64,000 nucleotides of DNA. It comes from Nageia nagi. Lineage: Eukaryota > Plantae > Pinophyta. Below, one piece after another: positions 39,684 through 53,000 of this stretch; positions within the stretch are counted from its first letter, which is position 1; the number at the start of each line of letters is the position of its first letter. Below the pieces are notes generated by a model. It was not told where the DNA came from. It did not search any database and worked only from the letters and a program-made list of their open reading frames with translations. The stretch covers positions 199,516,001 to 199,580,000 of the forward strand of contig JBITNC010000001.1 in NCBI GenBank assembly GCA_050084985.1, written 5' to 3'. Made by a program: the position numbers and the translations under genes.

Positions 39684-42600
39684 CCAAGTTCTAAGGAGGT
39701 CCAATGTGGGATCTTAGGATGCTCACATGCCCAACATACATGATAGGAAGTCATTCACTTGCCTTGATATTACCAATGCCTAGTTCAAAGTGCCACATTT
39801 AACCTTGGAGATCCAAATGACCTCCTAGTTAGTATAATCATCTAGGAGGATGCTCTACCTCAAAGAGGGGATAACTAATGAATAGAGATATAGTTAATGC
39901 CAATATTACAATCATCAAGGCCAAGATATGCAACATCTCATTTAAGGAGGCTAATATTGTATTTAAATATAATTACATTAGTATTACAAATACAACATTA
40001 TTGATATTTTAATAATTAAACTAAAAATAAATAAAGAACCATTTATTTCACAATTAGAGATTTATTAAGTCTTTAAGTGGAATGTACAACATTTTATTCA
40101 AATTCTACATTAATATAAAAAATCACTCCTTAATTAATGTTCCCATTTATCAAAGGTGAAATGGGAAAATGCCTAAAAAAATGGGGACATTATAGCCTAA
40201 AATGTTATTATGCTCTTATATGAAAAGATTAATAACAAACAACCTATATGATTATTCAAGATATTGCAATCCTAAATGATAAGATAACAATGATTGATAA
40301 AAAAGAAATGGTACATTTTTTTTTAGAATTTTGTTTTTTTGATTGCCTCTTATCTTGTCTAATGATAATTGCTTTTATGGTTCTTTTCCCTCTTGTTTAG
40401 TTTTCTTAAAGATTTATCTAGTCAAACATTTTCAAGGTGAGGCTCAATATCTAAGGGTGTGCATCACTTAAAAGAGGGGATAATACCATCTTGGTGATGA
40501 AATTCATGTGTGGGTGAGACCATGGGTATAAATTCCATGTATCCCAATAAGAGCCTAAGATAATGTGTAATTAATGATGCAATGCTGAAAATAAAATTGA
40601 TAAGCAATTATATATTAATGCAATGTTAACCCTTCAAGATAATGAAAGCACTTCCACCAAGATATGATTTTGATTTTTTTGATTTCTATTTTTTGAAATG
40701 AAAAGTTAGGATGCACATAATTGATAAAATGCTAATCTAGAGCACAAAAAAGTGAGATACAAGCTTAGGGGTCTCTATCTCCAAGCTCCCATTGTACAAT
40801 ACCTATTTTACACACTCTGATCCTAATCAAACTCTATAAGATTGATTAGTAATACCAACTAATAGGTTGATCAACTAATCAATCATAGTGGTACCTAGAT
40901 AAATTTTAAATATCTAAAATAAAAATAAACCCTCTGATAAGGGTGAAAAAAATCATACAAATAAACTAGCTATGGATTGTTATTTCCTACTAAAACTATT
41001 ATTCTTTTATAGGAAAAAAAAAAAAACTTATCCAAAATGCTTAAAACAATATAAAAATAATAAAATGATAGAGATAGAGCTAATAAAAATGTTAAGTACC
41101 AATATACATTTACTAATTGACCTATATAGGGTCAATCTATAGGGTCTTATTGGTCTAATGCAAACCAATTGGATTTTAGCATTGATTGAAGTTATAAAAC
41201 TTTTAGATATACTCTATGGATGATGTATCTTTGAACCCTACAAAACATAAAAATAGATCATGACCTAAAAATTCTAAAATAGATATAAGGGCCAAAAAAT
41301 AAAAAACAACATAATAGAGTTAGGTTTTAGATATCTTCTCCCAATTTTGTTATGTCAAGAACTAAGGGGTCCCATAGTGAGAACCATTTTGTAGTACTCT
41401 ATTTCTAACCTAAATACTCTGTACTAAAAATTCAAAGGGTCTACTTAAGGAATAATGATGAGAATTTATCTTTTGTGATAATCATATGCTTTTTGATTTC
41501 TAAAATCTTGCATGCATAAATATGTTAGTGGGTAACTTCAATCTCCAAGTCCTTGAGACCTTGGATATGAGCCAATATTATGAAACCCTAGATAAAAGGC
41601 AATGTAATCCCCCTCTTCCATAATCAAATGGATAATAGAAAGATAAAATATGCTTAATTCATAATGATATGATGTGTTATCCTATAATTTATGCTTTTTA
41701 GTTGTTTTTTTTGATAAAATGATGTGCATGCTATAGATCTATGCTAAAATGCTTTTCCATGTCATGGATCTATGCTAAAATTCTAATTGTTGAATATGAA
41801 AATATTGAATAAAATGATAAAATTAAATGATATAAAATTTAGTATGGATTTAGTCTAATATGCATTTATATGCAAATATTAAAATAAAATTTAAGCTAAG
41901 AAAAGGATATGCACTATCTCCATAGCTCAAAATGCCTTTATATACTTGCAAAAACTCAAAAGTATACTACACCTTTGTTAACAATAGTGAAATATTACTC
42001 ATATGTTCATGGTGGTTGCCTTAGGATTCAAAAGATAGGACATACAATGCTAGAGGGCTTAGGGTTTTAAACTTGGCTCAAGGTGACTATAGATCAAAGA
42101 TTCATCTTGGATGATAACAAAGGTTAGAATTCAAAATGGGGATAGAGATATAAAAATGAAATGATTTTAACTTTTAAACTTTTATTAAACCTAATTGGAT
42201 GACTTATTGATTGATCGATAGGTTGATTAGGGTTCATAGACTTACCAATATGATTGACTAAATGGAATGATGATTGGTAGGATGACCTATTTGATTAATT
42301 TGATCATATTTTAACCAATATTTGATTTATTCTTGAACAAGTGTTCAAAATGGTTTTTTAATGATTTTATTTGGCTAGGTTGACATGTATGCTCAAGATA
42401 TACAATTTTGAGGTGTTTACAGTATCTATCAACTAAGGTACTAGAACAATGATGCTTAATAGGAGGTCATATCACTTATGCATATTGCATACAACTTCTA
42501 TAACATTCAACTTAGGTCAAAAATGTAGTTTGGCATCTGTTACTGAGTAACAAGGTGTTCAACAAAGAATGAGCTTTAAGGGTGTCACTTTTTTAAGTAG

Positions 42601-44425
42601 GAAAGAATTATGAGTGATTTATCTCACTATAGCGATGTACCATGCATTATTGATCATCAAGTGGTCAAGGAATAAGCAAGTGATTCAAGGGGAAAGTATT
42701 TCTTATCTTTACTGAGGGGCTTAGGTTGAGGTTCTCTCTATTTACATAGAATAACTATGGTCTCTAATGGGATTGATATAATAACAAGCACTTGGGCCTA
42801 GAAGGTGTTCATAATAGGTTGACATTCACCAACAAGTATAGGTTCATCTATCTTTTAAAACTTCTCTCTCAACCAATGCAATTTGGGTCAAAAAATATTC
42901 ACTAAGAAACAATAGTTGCACCATTTATTCTCTTGGTGAAAGTCTAAATGGTATCTCCTACTAGATAGTTTGGCATATAGTAAGAATGCATGCATTGTAT
43001 CACCTCTATACTTGTTGTGTATATGAGTAATGTGGGGTAGACTATAATTAAGTAGTCATATTTAGAGATTTCATAGGATGTATTAGAAAGTTGGATCATA
43101 CCAAGTGAGATGATCACACAAGTTCCCCATCAACATTATTAGCCCAAGGAAAGGTGACATGGATTAAGGTCTCTATCATTGTATACTTTAGGGGTGAAGA
43201 GTAATTTGAATATAGTTTTTCATTAGTCCTTCAGAAGATATATGGCATCCAACATATTCCATAAGTGGTGTGGAATTCTTATAGGTGTATGAGTTGTTAG
43301 GCAAGTGTGATGCACTCTATGTACAATTCATGATTCAATATATTAGTTTGTATTTCTAGTTATTAGTTGATGAAGGAAGAAACCATAATAAAAATGATTA
43401 ATTGAGTTTTACCAAATTGTTAGTTCATTATGAGAGAGTAATATTTATGATATTAAAAACTAAATAGGTAATAATTTATATAAGATCTATTAGTGTTCAA
43501 CTTATACTTTTACATTATTATTTATAGTTTTCTTATGCATGTTTTTTGCTTCATATGTTTATAATTTACATTTGAAGTGCACTTGTAATATTGTAGAATA
43601 TTTCACAAGTTTAATTCAAAAAAATATTTCAAACTCAACATTATAGGAATTTAAAAATAACTTTCATTCACCTAATTATTTTAATTAGTGGGTTCTATCT
43701 ATTATATACATGCATGGATAGAAATTGTAAAATTACATTAGCTTAGAATCATATGAAAGGAATATATTTAACCACTTTATAACAAATAATTTATTAAAAT
43801 TGAATATTGAAAAAATTATTTAGTAATTAGTATATGTAATTGGCATAATATCGATAAATTATATCATAACATAAATCATTAGTATTCAATGTTGCATTTT
43901 CATTTTTGTTATATGTTATATTATTCAATTGAAAGGAGCCTACCATGTATTAAGAGGACTTAGATATCAACTAATCTCATAATATATTAGAGGAGGTTCT
44001 TATCCTTTTTTCTTTTTTTTTTTGTTTGTGACACACTCTTGGGATGAGTGAAAATGGTGGATGACCATTTTGGAGGAAATTGATCATTCTTTATATTGCT
44101 ATAAAGTCAAATTTGGAATTTTGTAATACTAAAGTAATGTAATCTCACATTTTAGAAAGAGGGGAATGGAAAATTATAAAGGTTTTAATCATAAGCAATT
44201 ATATTTATTTATGTTAGTTCATTTATTATAGGTCCATTTATTACATATTGTTATTAATTCATATCATTTTCTATTATTTATTCCATTATTAATTATCTAG
44301 ATTTTTTCTAGAAATAATATGATTTTAGTTGAGTCATAAATTAGCCTAAGGGTTACTTTAGCAATACATTTCGGTGAAGTTGATATTATTTATCTTATTT
44401 TAAATTTTTATCTTTTATTGTAAAT

Positions 44426-47400
44426 TGGAGAATCTAAGTAGATTCAATAATCTAAATTTACATACATTCAACAATGGAGAAAATACAAACTCACAAATAT
44501 AAATCAACAATGGAGCAACACATAATTTATGCATATAATTTAAAATTGAATATATAAATAGTAGAATAAAATATGTATAATATTAAATGGATTTTAGCTG
44601 GAACCCTCACCCAACACCCCACACTTGACTTGGTCTCTTACACCAAGCTACATACCAAAATGTGACAATCCAATTACATAAGCAAGCTAATAACCAAATA
44701 CATCACATCCCAGAGAGAACATAACAACCAAAATGTGAAACAAATGGAAAAGAAATGAATAAAATATGAAAAGACTCAAAATTAGGTGAAGTGTAACACC
44801 CACAAAATGTGATTGTAGAAACATGGTCACATTTGGTCCAGAATGTGGTTGTTACTATCTTTGGCACTGATTAAACTTGGTGATGGTTATGTTTCTATGC
44901 AAAGAGTGTGAAAGTCAATTTTAAGGTTGAATCTTCAAGTCAAGTGCAAATATTATCAAGCCCAATTTCCAACATTCTTGCCATTAATGTTGAAGAAACT
45001 CAAGAATGAGTTTTGAAGTATCACACATCAATTGAAAGAGCCTTTTTATGCCTCTTCCAATTTGTGACAAAAAATCTAAAAGTTGAAAAATCTTTAGTTA
45101 GCACCCATCATGCTTCCATTTTGCATCACACTTCAACTCTTCATGAGGACTATCCTTCAACATGCTTCCTTTTTCTTTTAATAAAAATCTAGGTGCCTTT
45201 TGATGACAAACTCCCCCTTCATAAAAAAACTCATAACTTTTATGAAAATTCACATACTTAATAAAAGTGCTCCAAGAGCATACAAAATTGTTTTCACCAA
45301 TATTAATCCAGCCATTACCAACATTTAGATCACATTGATCCATCTTATTATGCCAAATAATAATCTCATATACTTGCATACAAATAATCACATAAAACAT
45401 AGCCAATAATTGACTAATCACTAATGCAATCAAATAACCCTATCCACATAAACAAATTCTCTTTTCCACATAATGTACAACCAGGAATTATTTATCTTCC
45501 ACAAAAAAATCAACCATGATATGACTACCCACACTTGCCAATATTGAATGGTTCTTAAAAAATAAAATATAGTCCTCATTTTCTTTTTCTTCCTCCTAAT
45601 TAAGGTATTCAAACTCATACTATTATACACAACAAATTTGCACCAATGAATTTACACAAAAAATAAATTATAATTTTTGTTCACAAAAGAAACCTTTTAA
45701 TGATGTCTTTGTAATATATTCATAATTTTGTATAAATATAATCAACAAAATAATCTCAATACTATCCAACAAATAACATTCTCCTTCCATTGGTGCTATA
45801 AAAATAACATTTTCATTTTTCATACCAAATGTGCTTCATGGAGATTTTATCGCAAAACAAGCTTCATCCTCTTCATTCATCTTCATTGCCTCGTCATACT
45901 GGTACATAATTTTATTTTTTTTATTGCAAGTGCACTCGTTGGTGCCACTTCAACAAAATAATCATCTTTATCATTTATTACTTCCTCTATAAAATAGTCC
46001 TTATTTTTAGAAAATAATTTTGAGTTCCACATGCTCCATACATTGCCTTTACAAGATAATTTTCATCCTTCATTATCATTGCAACATCAACATCATTAAT
46101 GTATATCTCTCCAATAAGATAATATTTACTATTATCTTTCTCAAGCAAAAAATCAAGAATAATGCTAATGGATTTTACCTCATTTCAAAAATAAAATTTG
46201 ATCATTGATCCCAAAATGGATCAACCATAGTCTTCCTAACCAAATCAAGTTTTTCTTCAACATAGTATTCAAGAAAACTCTCCTCCATGAGTCTTCCTCT
46301 TTCAATAATCAAATCTAATTTTACAAGATAACCAAATTCCATTTCATCTTCAACATAACACTCTTTCATGAGCATTGCTTCTTCAAAATTTAAATCAACC
46401 TTTTCAAAACAATCATCTCCCATTCTTGATGAATGGTATTCACTCAAACTTTCCTCCATGTGCACTTTTTTTTTCATCAAAAATAAAATTTGGTTTTGCT
46501 AAAAATGTGGGTATGCCTTTTCAAGGCAATAATTTACTTCTTTCGAGCAAATCTTCAAGCCATTATATTGTTACAACTTCTTTTTTTAATTCCAAAATAA
46601 TATTTTTAAGGAATATCTCCACTCTTTGTGAGTGGCCTTAAAATTGGCACTTCATCACACAAATTTTTTCTTCATTTTTCTTCCCCTTTGGAGGAACTCT
46701 AACATCAACACTCTCTCTTTATAGTAAGTCTTCAAAAACTACACTTTTATCACAAACATCATTATCAAAAGCAACATTAGTCTTGTTAAAACAAACATTA
46801 ATAAAATATTTTGGAATAATATTTTATGCCTTCTCCATGAGATAATCTTCAATAATGCTCCCTTAAAGTTCTCCAAAAACAACATCTGTAACAACAATGG
46901 CTTCATCTTCATTTGCATAACCTTTATCAACAACAAATCCTCTTCTTTCCTCTTCTTTCCTCTAGAAGAATATAAACATATTCTTAGAGAAACAACAACT
47001 TCTTCTTCTTCAATTGGCTTCATCTTCATTTACATAACTTCTATCAGCAACAAATCCTCTTATTCCTCCTCTTTCTCTAGAAGAATATAAACATATTCTT
47101 AGAGAAATAACAACTTCTTCATCTTCAACATAATTCTCAAATATGGAATAAAAATGTTCCCTCTTGCTCAAAAAACATACATTTTATGGAGTGATTTTAT
47201 CAGCCAAAAAATAAACCTACAACTTTTTCCATACTTTCCAAGATATCCTACAACATGAAATAAGTGTAAAAATATTCTTCTTCATGCTTTTTCTGATACC
47301 TAGAAGAGCCAAATAATTTTGGTATTGTTAATATTTTCTTAATCTTCTTCCTCTCCTTCAAGAGAGATCCAATATTCTGGTTCAACATACCCATATTCAA

Positions 47401-48227
47401 TAATTTCCCATAGCCCTTTACCTATCAATAATGTCTTCATTTTTATACTCCAAACATAAAATGCTCTCCATCAAATTCTGGTAGTGGTAAGAAGTTAGTC
47501 TTGATATCCATTATAGTAGAGAAACAAGAAATCCCAAAACAAATCAATAAGAAAATAATTTTATAAAATTATCTCCAAGATCCCCATAGGTTTACTCTAG
47601 CTCTCCAATCTACCAAGCTTTCTCAAACCCATGAAATCAATCCAGTCATGGCTTTGATACCAGATGAAGAATCTAAGTAGATTTAGTAATCTAAATTTAC
47701 ATACATTCAACAATGGAGGAAATACAAACTCATAAATCTGAATCAACAATAAAGGAATACATCACTGATACAAATAATCTAGAACTAAATATATAAATAG
47801 TAAAATCAAATATATACAATATTAAATGGAGTTCAGGTAGAACCCTCACCCAATACATGATGCTTTACTTGGTGTCTCACACCAAGATGTAACAATACAA
47901 CCAACCTAATTATATAAGCAAGCTAATAACTAAATACATAACATCATAGAGAGAACAAAATAGCCAAAATGTGAAACAATTGGAAAAGAAATGAATAAAA
48001 TAAAAAAAGACTCAAAATTGGGTGAAGTGTAACACCAAAATGTGATAACAAAAATGCAATCATGTTTGGTGAAATATGGTCACATTTCATCTAGAATGTG
48101 ATTACTACTAAATTGGGCTTTAGTGAAACGTAATGGTGGCTATGTATCTATGAAGAGAGTATGAAAAGTCAAATTTGAGCTTGGATCTTCAAGTCACATT
48201 AAAGTCTAATCAGCCCAATTTTCGACA
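44426..48227 (-). mobile_element. Non-autonomous Ty1/copia element (gag N-terminus + acidic filler + RNase H tail remnant)
   Basis: LTRs 44426-44974 and 47665-48227. Perfect TSD taaat. PBS rc tggtatcaaagc 47651-47662. Gag LPEFDGE..VWSIKMKTLLIGKGLWEIIEYGYVEP near 47510-47370. E/D-rich interior with a 117-bp duplication (46899/47016). Confidence 0.9.
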
Positions 48228-48873
48228 TAAATCTTGTTTTATTTGCAAATTTCAACAAAAAACTCATTTTATTTTTTCACAATCTTCATATATCTTAAAA
48301 TTATAAGTATTTGGTATGCTTCATGTGTTTCAAAATGAAAAACTAGAAGCAAAATAATAATCTCCACAATGCTAACAATACTACAAACTATATGTAAAGC
48401 CAATTTTAAAACTTTTTAAAGAAAAACTTAATTTTGGCCCATTGCATGATTTCTTGATGCAATACTAAGAGAGTATTAGTCTATTTATTAATTATTTTGG
48501 TGTTCCATCTAATGGATTTAAACTCATACAACCTACAATCCTTTAGATATCCTATTCTATCCTAACTAAGTAAAACCTAGCCATTCCATTCTTCCATAAT
48601 CCAACCAAAATGTTATCACATTTATCCCATCTCTCATATCGAAAACTCAAACCATATTTTTTACCACCAAAGTTCCCTCAACAAATAATAAATTTATAAT
48701 TATCAGCTTAACATCCTCTTAAATAATATAAAAATAATTCATCAACCATAAATCATCCAAATTTACTAGTAAATAAAAAAGCATTATAAAAAATTAAGAG
48801 CTATTTCTTTGACTAGGAATCCTTGGTTAGTACTTCATTAGTTCCTTGTGTCACCAACCATCACACCCATCTA

Positions 48874-49470
48874 AAATTTGAGATGTTAAAATTACAATCA
48901 TTTTGAGAAAAGAAAGATCCAATCGTATATAATATTCACTTAATCTTATATTATCTTTGTCCATGATAGAATATTTTGAAGAATATTGTTTCCTCAAAGC
49001 CTTTTTGAATATATTATTGATTGGTTTGATTTATTTTCAAACATTCCATTATAAACATAACACCCTTGGTTGAAACCTTCATAAGCCATTTTAATGTCAA
49101 CATTGTTTGAAAATTTGGTAAATTCTTAAACTTGATACCATTAAACAAAACATATAATGAATTTTTGTATGATTTTACTTTTAGATTTATTAAAATACAC
49201 AAAGGATGAAATATAAATTATTGAAAGAATACGTTCAACATATTTGATGAGAAATTTGTTTATTCCTTTGAGAAAGCATGTTGAAGTGAATACAGATAAG
49301 AACTTGGCTATGATTTATGAAGAGGCTATCAATGTTACAAAAGTGTTGCTTACAATTGAGGATTTTAATTATTATTTTACTATTATTAGTATAAAAAATG
49401 CAAAATCAAATGTTGAAAAGAGTGACTTCAAGATGTATCAAATGAAAAAAACCCTCAAGTTTTCTTAAGT
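48874..49470 (+). pseudogene. Isolated, heavily decayed Tat/Ogre-type gag fragment
   Basis: Frameshifted reading KFEMLKLQSF*EKKDP..WFDL..ETFISHFNVNI..LDTIKQ..EFLYDFTFRF..RNLFIPLRKHVEV..EEAINV. Confidence 0.55.
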
Positions 49471-50006
49471 AGATCAAATTGTAAGAGAGAAAGTAAGATT
49501 TTTAGAACCACTTAATAAAATTTTATGATTTATACTATAATAAAAAATTATTAAAACAAAAATATCTTAGAATTGATATTTTATTAATAGCCTTCTTCCT
49601 TGGTATAAGTGGAATGAGTATTATTATGTCGAGAGGCATAACTACAATGGCAGCCAAGGGGGTGGTGTGGGGAGCCAAAATATTGCATCATCTATCTGAT
49701 TATAAACATTTGGTACACTATTTTGATTTTATTAAAATTTTAATACAAATCTAAATATATTAATTTTAATAAATATTTTTTATATATAAATGAAATGTTT
49801 AATAAATTTCAAATCATAAAATAAAATTAATTAGAATTCAACTATTTAACTATATCCTATATCCAAGATAAATGTCTCGAAAATGATATCTCTTGGTATT
49901 TCTTGATATATAAGGGGTTATATAAAAGCTCATAAATATAACTTGGTAAAAGGTCTTTGTATAAAATGGTGGAAAAACTTAAACAAAAAGAGATACATAT
50001 CACTTG

Positions 50007-50083
50007 GTATGTATGTACATGTATACATATACATATATGTATATGCGCATGCATATGTGTACACACATATATGTGTGTGTGCA
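50007..50083. repeat. 77-nt perfectly alternating purine/pyrimidine tract (mixed TA/CA/TG)
   Basis: gtatgtatgtacatgtatacatatac...acacacatatatgtgtgtgtgca alternates R/Y without a break. Confidence 0.9.
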
Positions 50084-50090
50084 AGTGATT

Positions 50091-53000
50091 TGTTATGATG
50101 CTATGAATATGAAAGGGAAATATTGCAAAAATGTAAATGAATATTGATTTGAACAAGAAAATGGAAACTAATCTAATGGAAATAACATAGCATGCGCTAA
50201 TAAGTAGAATATGAAATAACAATAATAAGTAGATAAGGATAGGATTTTACTAAATAGTAACATAATCATAGGTCGCTTTGAGAGGGATACCTCCTTAAAA
50301 CTCCAAAAGTGAAAAATAATGTTCAAGATGCCTTTTTCCACACACATTCTACCAATTTATAATATACTAACCCTAACCCTAATAGTTATGCAAAATCAGG
50401 CCCTACCCTTACAATCACAATATTATGGTTTACAATATAGATCGATAATTTAATTAAAATACTAATACTAACACTAAAATGTTAGGATGTGGGATCCTAA
50501 CATGCCATCCCTCTTAGTATGAAGCTTTTTCCTCAAAGCTTGAAGTGTGGAAACTATTGCTGTAGTTGATGAAGTATTTCCCATGTTACATCTTTTGGTG
50601 CCATGCCTTACCACTGCATAAGGACTTCTGTGATGTAGTAGTTACAAAGCTATCATGAAATTTGATCCAAAACAACCTTAGGTAAAATTTCCATTGATCC
50701 ATCCTCTACTAACTCAAGTAATTATGTCTAAACCCAAACCTCTGATCCAACCACTTTCTTGAGATAGGAGACATGAAACATTGGGTGAATCTTGGAAGAA
50801 GTAGGAAGCTTCAATTTGTATGCAACTGGGCCAATGCAATGTAACAACTTATAGGCACCATAAAACTTTGGGGCCAATTTTTGAGGGCCTTTTATTATTA
50901 AGGATTTTTGGTGATAAGGTTGTAGCCTCAGAAAGACCATGTCATCTACCTGGAACTCCCTTTTGACACGTTGTTGATCAACCTATTATTTCATATGGTG
51001 TTGGTATATCTAAATTTTATCCTAGAGAAAATGAAAAATATCATCTTGAGTAACTAAAGTTGAGTCAACTACCTAAACTTTATTGGTACCTACAACATAC
51101 AAGATGATTGGTGGTGGAGCTTGACCATACTAGCTTCATAGGTGGTCATCTTACTAGTAGAATGATAAGATGTATTATACCACCACTCAACCAAGGGAAG
51201 CCATCATGCCCAATGCATAGGTTATGCTGAAGCAAAATAATGTAAATATGTTTCCAAACATTTGTTAACAATTTTAGTTTGACCATCAGTTTGTGAGTGA
51301 TATGCTGAGCTCATGTTTAGTTGGGTACCTTGCAGCTTGAAAATCTCTTACCAAAAATGGCTTGTAAAAGTGGGATCATGATCACTAACAATCATATTTG
51401 GCATGACATGTAGTTTAAAAATTGTATTCAAGAATAATTGTGTCACTATCACTGCCTTGTAGGGATGAGCCAATGAACCAAAATGAGCATATTTGGATAA
51501 CCGATAAACCACCACTAGAATAACTGATTTACCATTAGATTTAGTAAGGCATTTAATGAAATCCATTGAGATATCAATCCATGTACAAGTAGGTATGGGA
51601 AGAGGTTTAAGGATTCCTAAAGTACCCATTGTCTCACCCTTTTATCATTGACACACATCACAAGCTACCATAAATTGCTCAATGTCCAATTTCTTACTTG
51701 CCCAATAGAATGACCATGCCACTTGCTTATAAGTTATCAAAAATATAGCATGTTTTGATGTAGGTGTGGAATGCAATTTGGAAAGTATTTCTAATTTACA
51801 TTTTGAAGGAGATGGTAACAAAATTCAACCTTTGAATATCAAAATACCATTATGCCATGTGTGGTGTGGTTTACTTGTGGGGTCTTGAGTGATTTGTTTT
51901 AACAATTCTTGGGTAGAGCTATCCTCTGCCCACTCGTGTTTAACTTTATCTAACCATTGACGAATAGGAGATGAAAGATCTTACAATGCTACTTGATCTT
52001 CAAATTTTTTAGATAGAGCATCAATAATCACATTCTGTTTACCTTTATGATATACTATCTCATAATCATACCCTAGTATTTTGGTCACCCATTTTTGTTG
52101 CTCAAGCATAGATATACATTGCTTAATGAAAAATTTCAAACTTTGATGATCTGTAAGGATTATGAAATGGAAACCAATGAGATATGATCTCTAGCATTAA
52201 ACTACATGAATGATGGCAAGCATTTCTTTTTCACAAGTGGATTTACCCAAATTTTTATTAGAGAGTGCTCTATTAGTGAACACTAAGGGACACCACTCTT
52301 GCATCAATACTACCTCAATTCCTACTCCATAAGCATCACTTTCTATCATAAAGGTTTTAGAAAAATGTGGCATTGCTAATACTAGGGTGGTACACATCGC
52401 ATCCTTGAGCTTAAGAAAAGTTGCCTCAGCTTAAGGGGACCATTGTAATGCATTCTTTTTCAACAAAATGGTTAGAGGTGCTGCAATCTTACCATAATTC
52501 TTCACAAATTTCCTATAGTAGCCTTTCAACCCCAAGAATCCTTGAAGACTTTTCAAATATGTCAGAATAGACTAGTTTTGCATGTCAGTAATCTTTTATG
52601 GATCTATCTTAACTCCCTGTTTGGATATAATATGGCCTAAGTAGTCAATTTCCCTCTTATCTAATGAACATTTTGATTTTTTTGCATATAGCTAGTGTTC
52701 CTTAAAAATTTGTAAGGTTTGGTCAACATATGCCACATGTTCTTGCCATGTCTTACTATAGATCAAGATACCATCAAAGAAAATTAAAATGAAATTTCTA
52801 AGGAATGGATGAAACACATGATTCATTAAACTTTGAAATTTGGATGGAGCATTTATGAGGCCAAAAGGCATGACTAAGAACTCATAATGGCCCTCATGGG
52901 TGCAAAATGCAATTTTTGGTATATCCTCATCCTTGAGGAAAATTTGGTGATACCTAGATTGTAGGTCCAACTTGGAAAAATATCTTGCCCCATGTAGTTT

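Larger units (their letters stand above)
30281..40194 (-). mobile_element. Non-autonomous chromovirus-derived LTR element (gag+protease, RT/RH/INT deleted); its 5' LTR is split by 36073-39683
   Basis: 3' LTR 30281-31630; 5' LTR 35219-36072 plus 39684-40194. PBS rc tggtattagagc 35206-35217. PPT rc agggagggtggact at 31631. Gag (LPNFDGS, WWHN, FINGL) and PR (FDVAIENGNTI) jump directly to a pol tail (LEDSW..FREGGL). TSD is only a partial match (aacta/gccta). Confidence 0.85.
21925..42421 (-). mobile_element. Tat/Ogre-like Ty3/gypsy element, gag only (pol absent), with nested insertions
   Basis: LTRs 21925-22927 and 41390-42421 (~1.0 kb, colinear). TSD atatc/gtatc. PPT rc aaagggggcatc next to 22928. 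PBS rc tggttctcactatgggac (41369-41386), a decayed TGGCGCCCACCGTGGGGC (tRNA-Lys type). 3' region has ttgccccatgttaaatggat repeats. Confidence 0.85.
20800..43607 (+). mobile_element. Very old LTR-element remnant that hosts the 21925-42421 insertion (tentative)
   Basis: 20808-21100 aligns loosely with 43258-43550 (cataagtggt..gag.tgttaggcaagtg). PPT-like aaggaagggggcaaa precedes 21755. Putative 3' LTR is 21755-21924 plus 42427-43607. Confidence 0.35.

Noticed and set aside
49644-49690. caatggcagccaagggggg as a hAT-MITE terminus
   Set aside because: No matching opposite terminus or TSD could be found.
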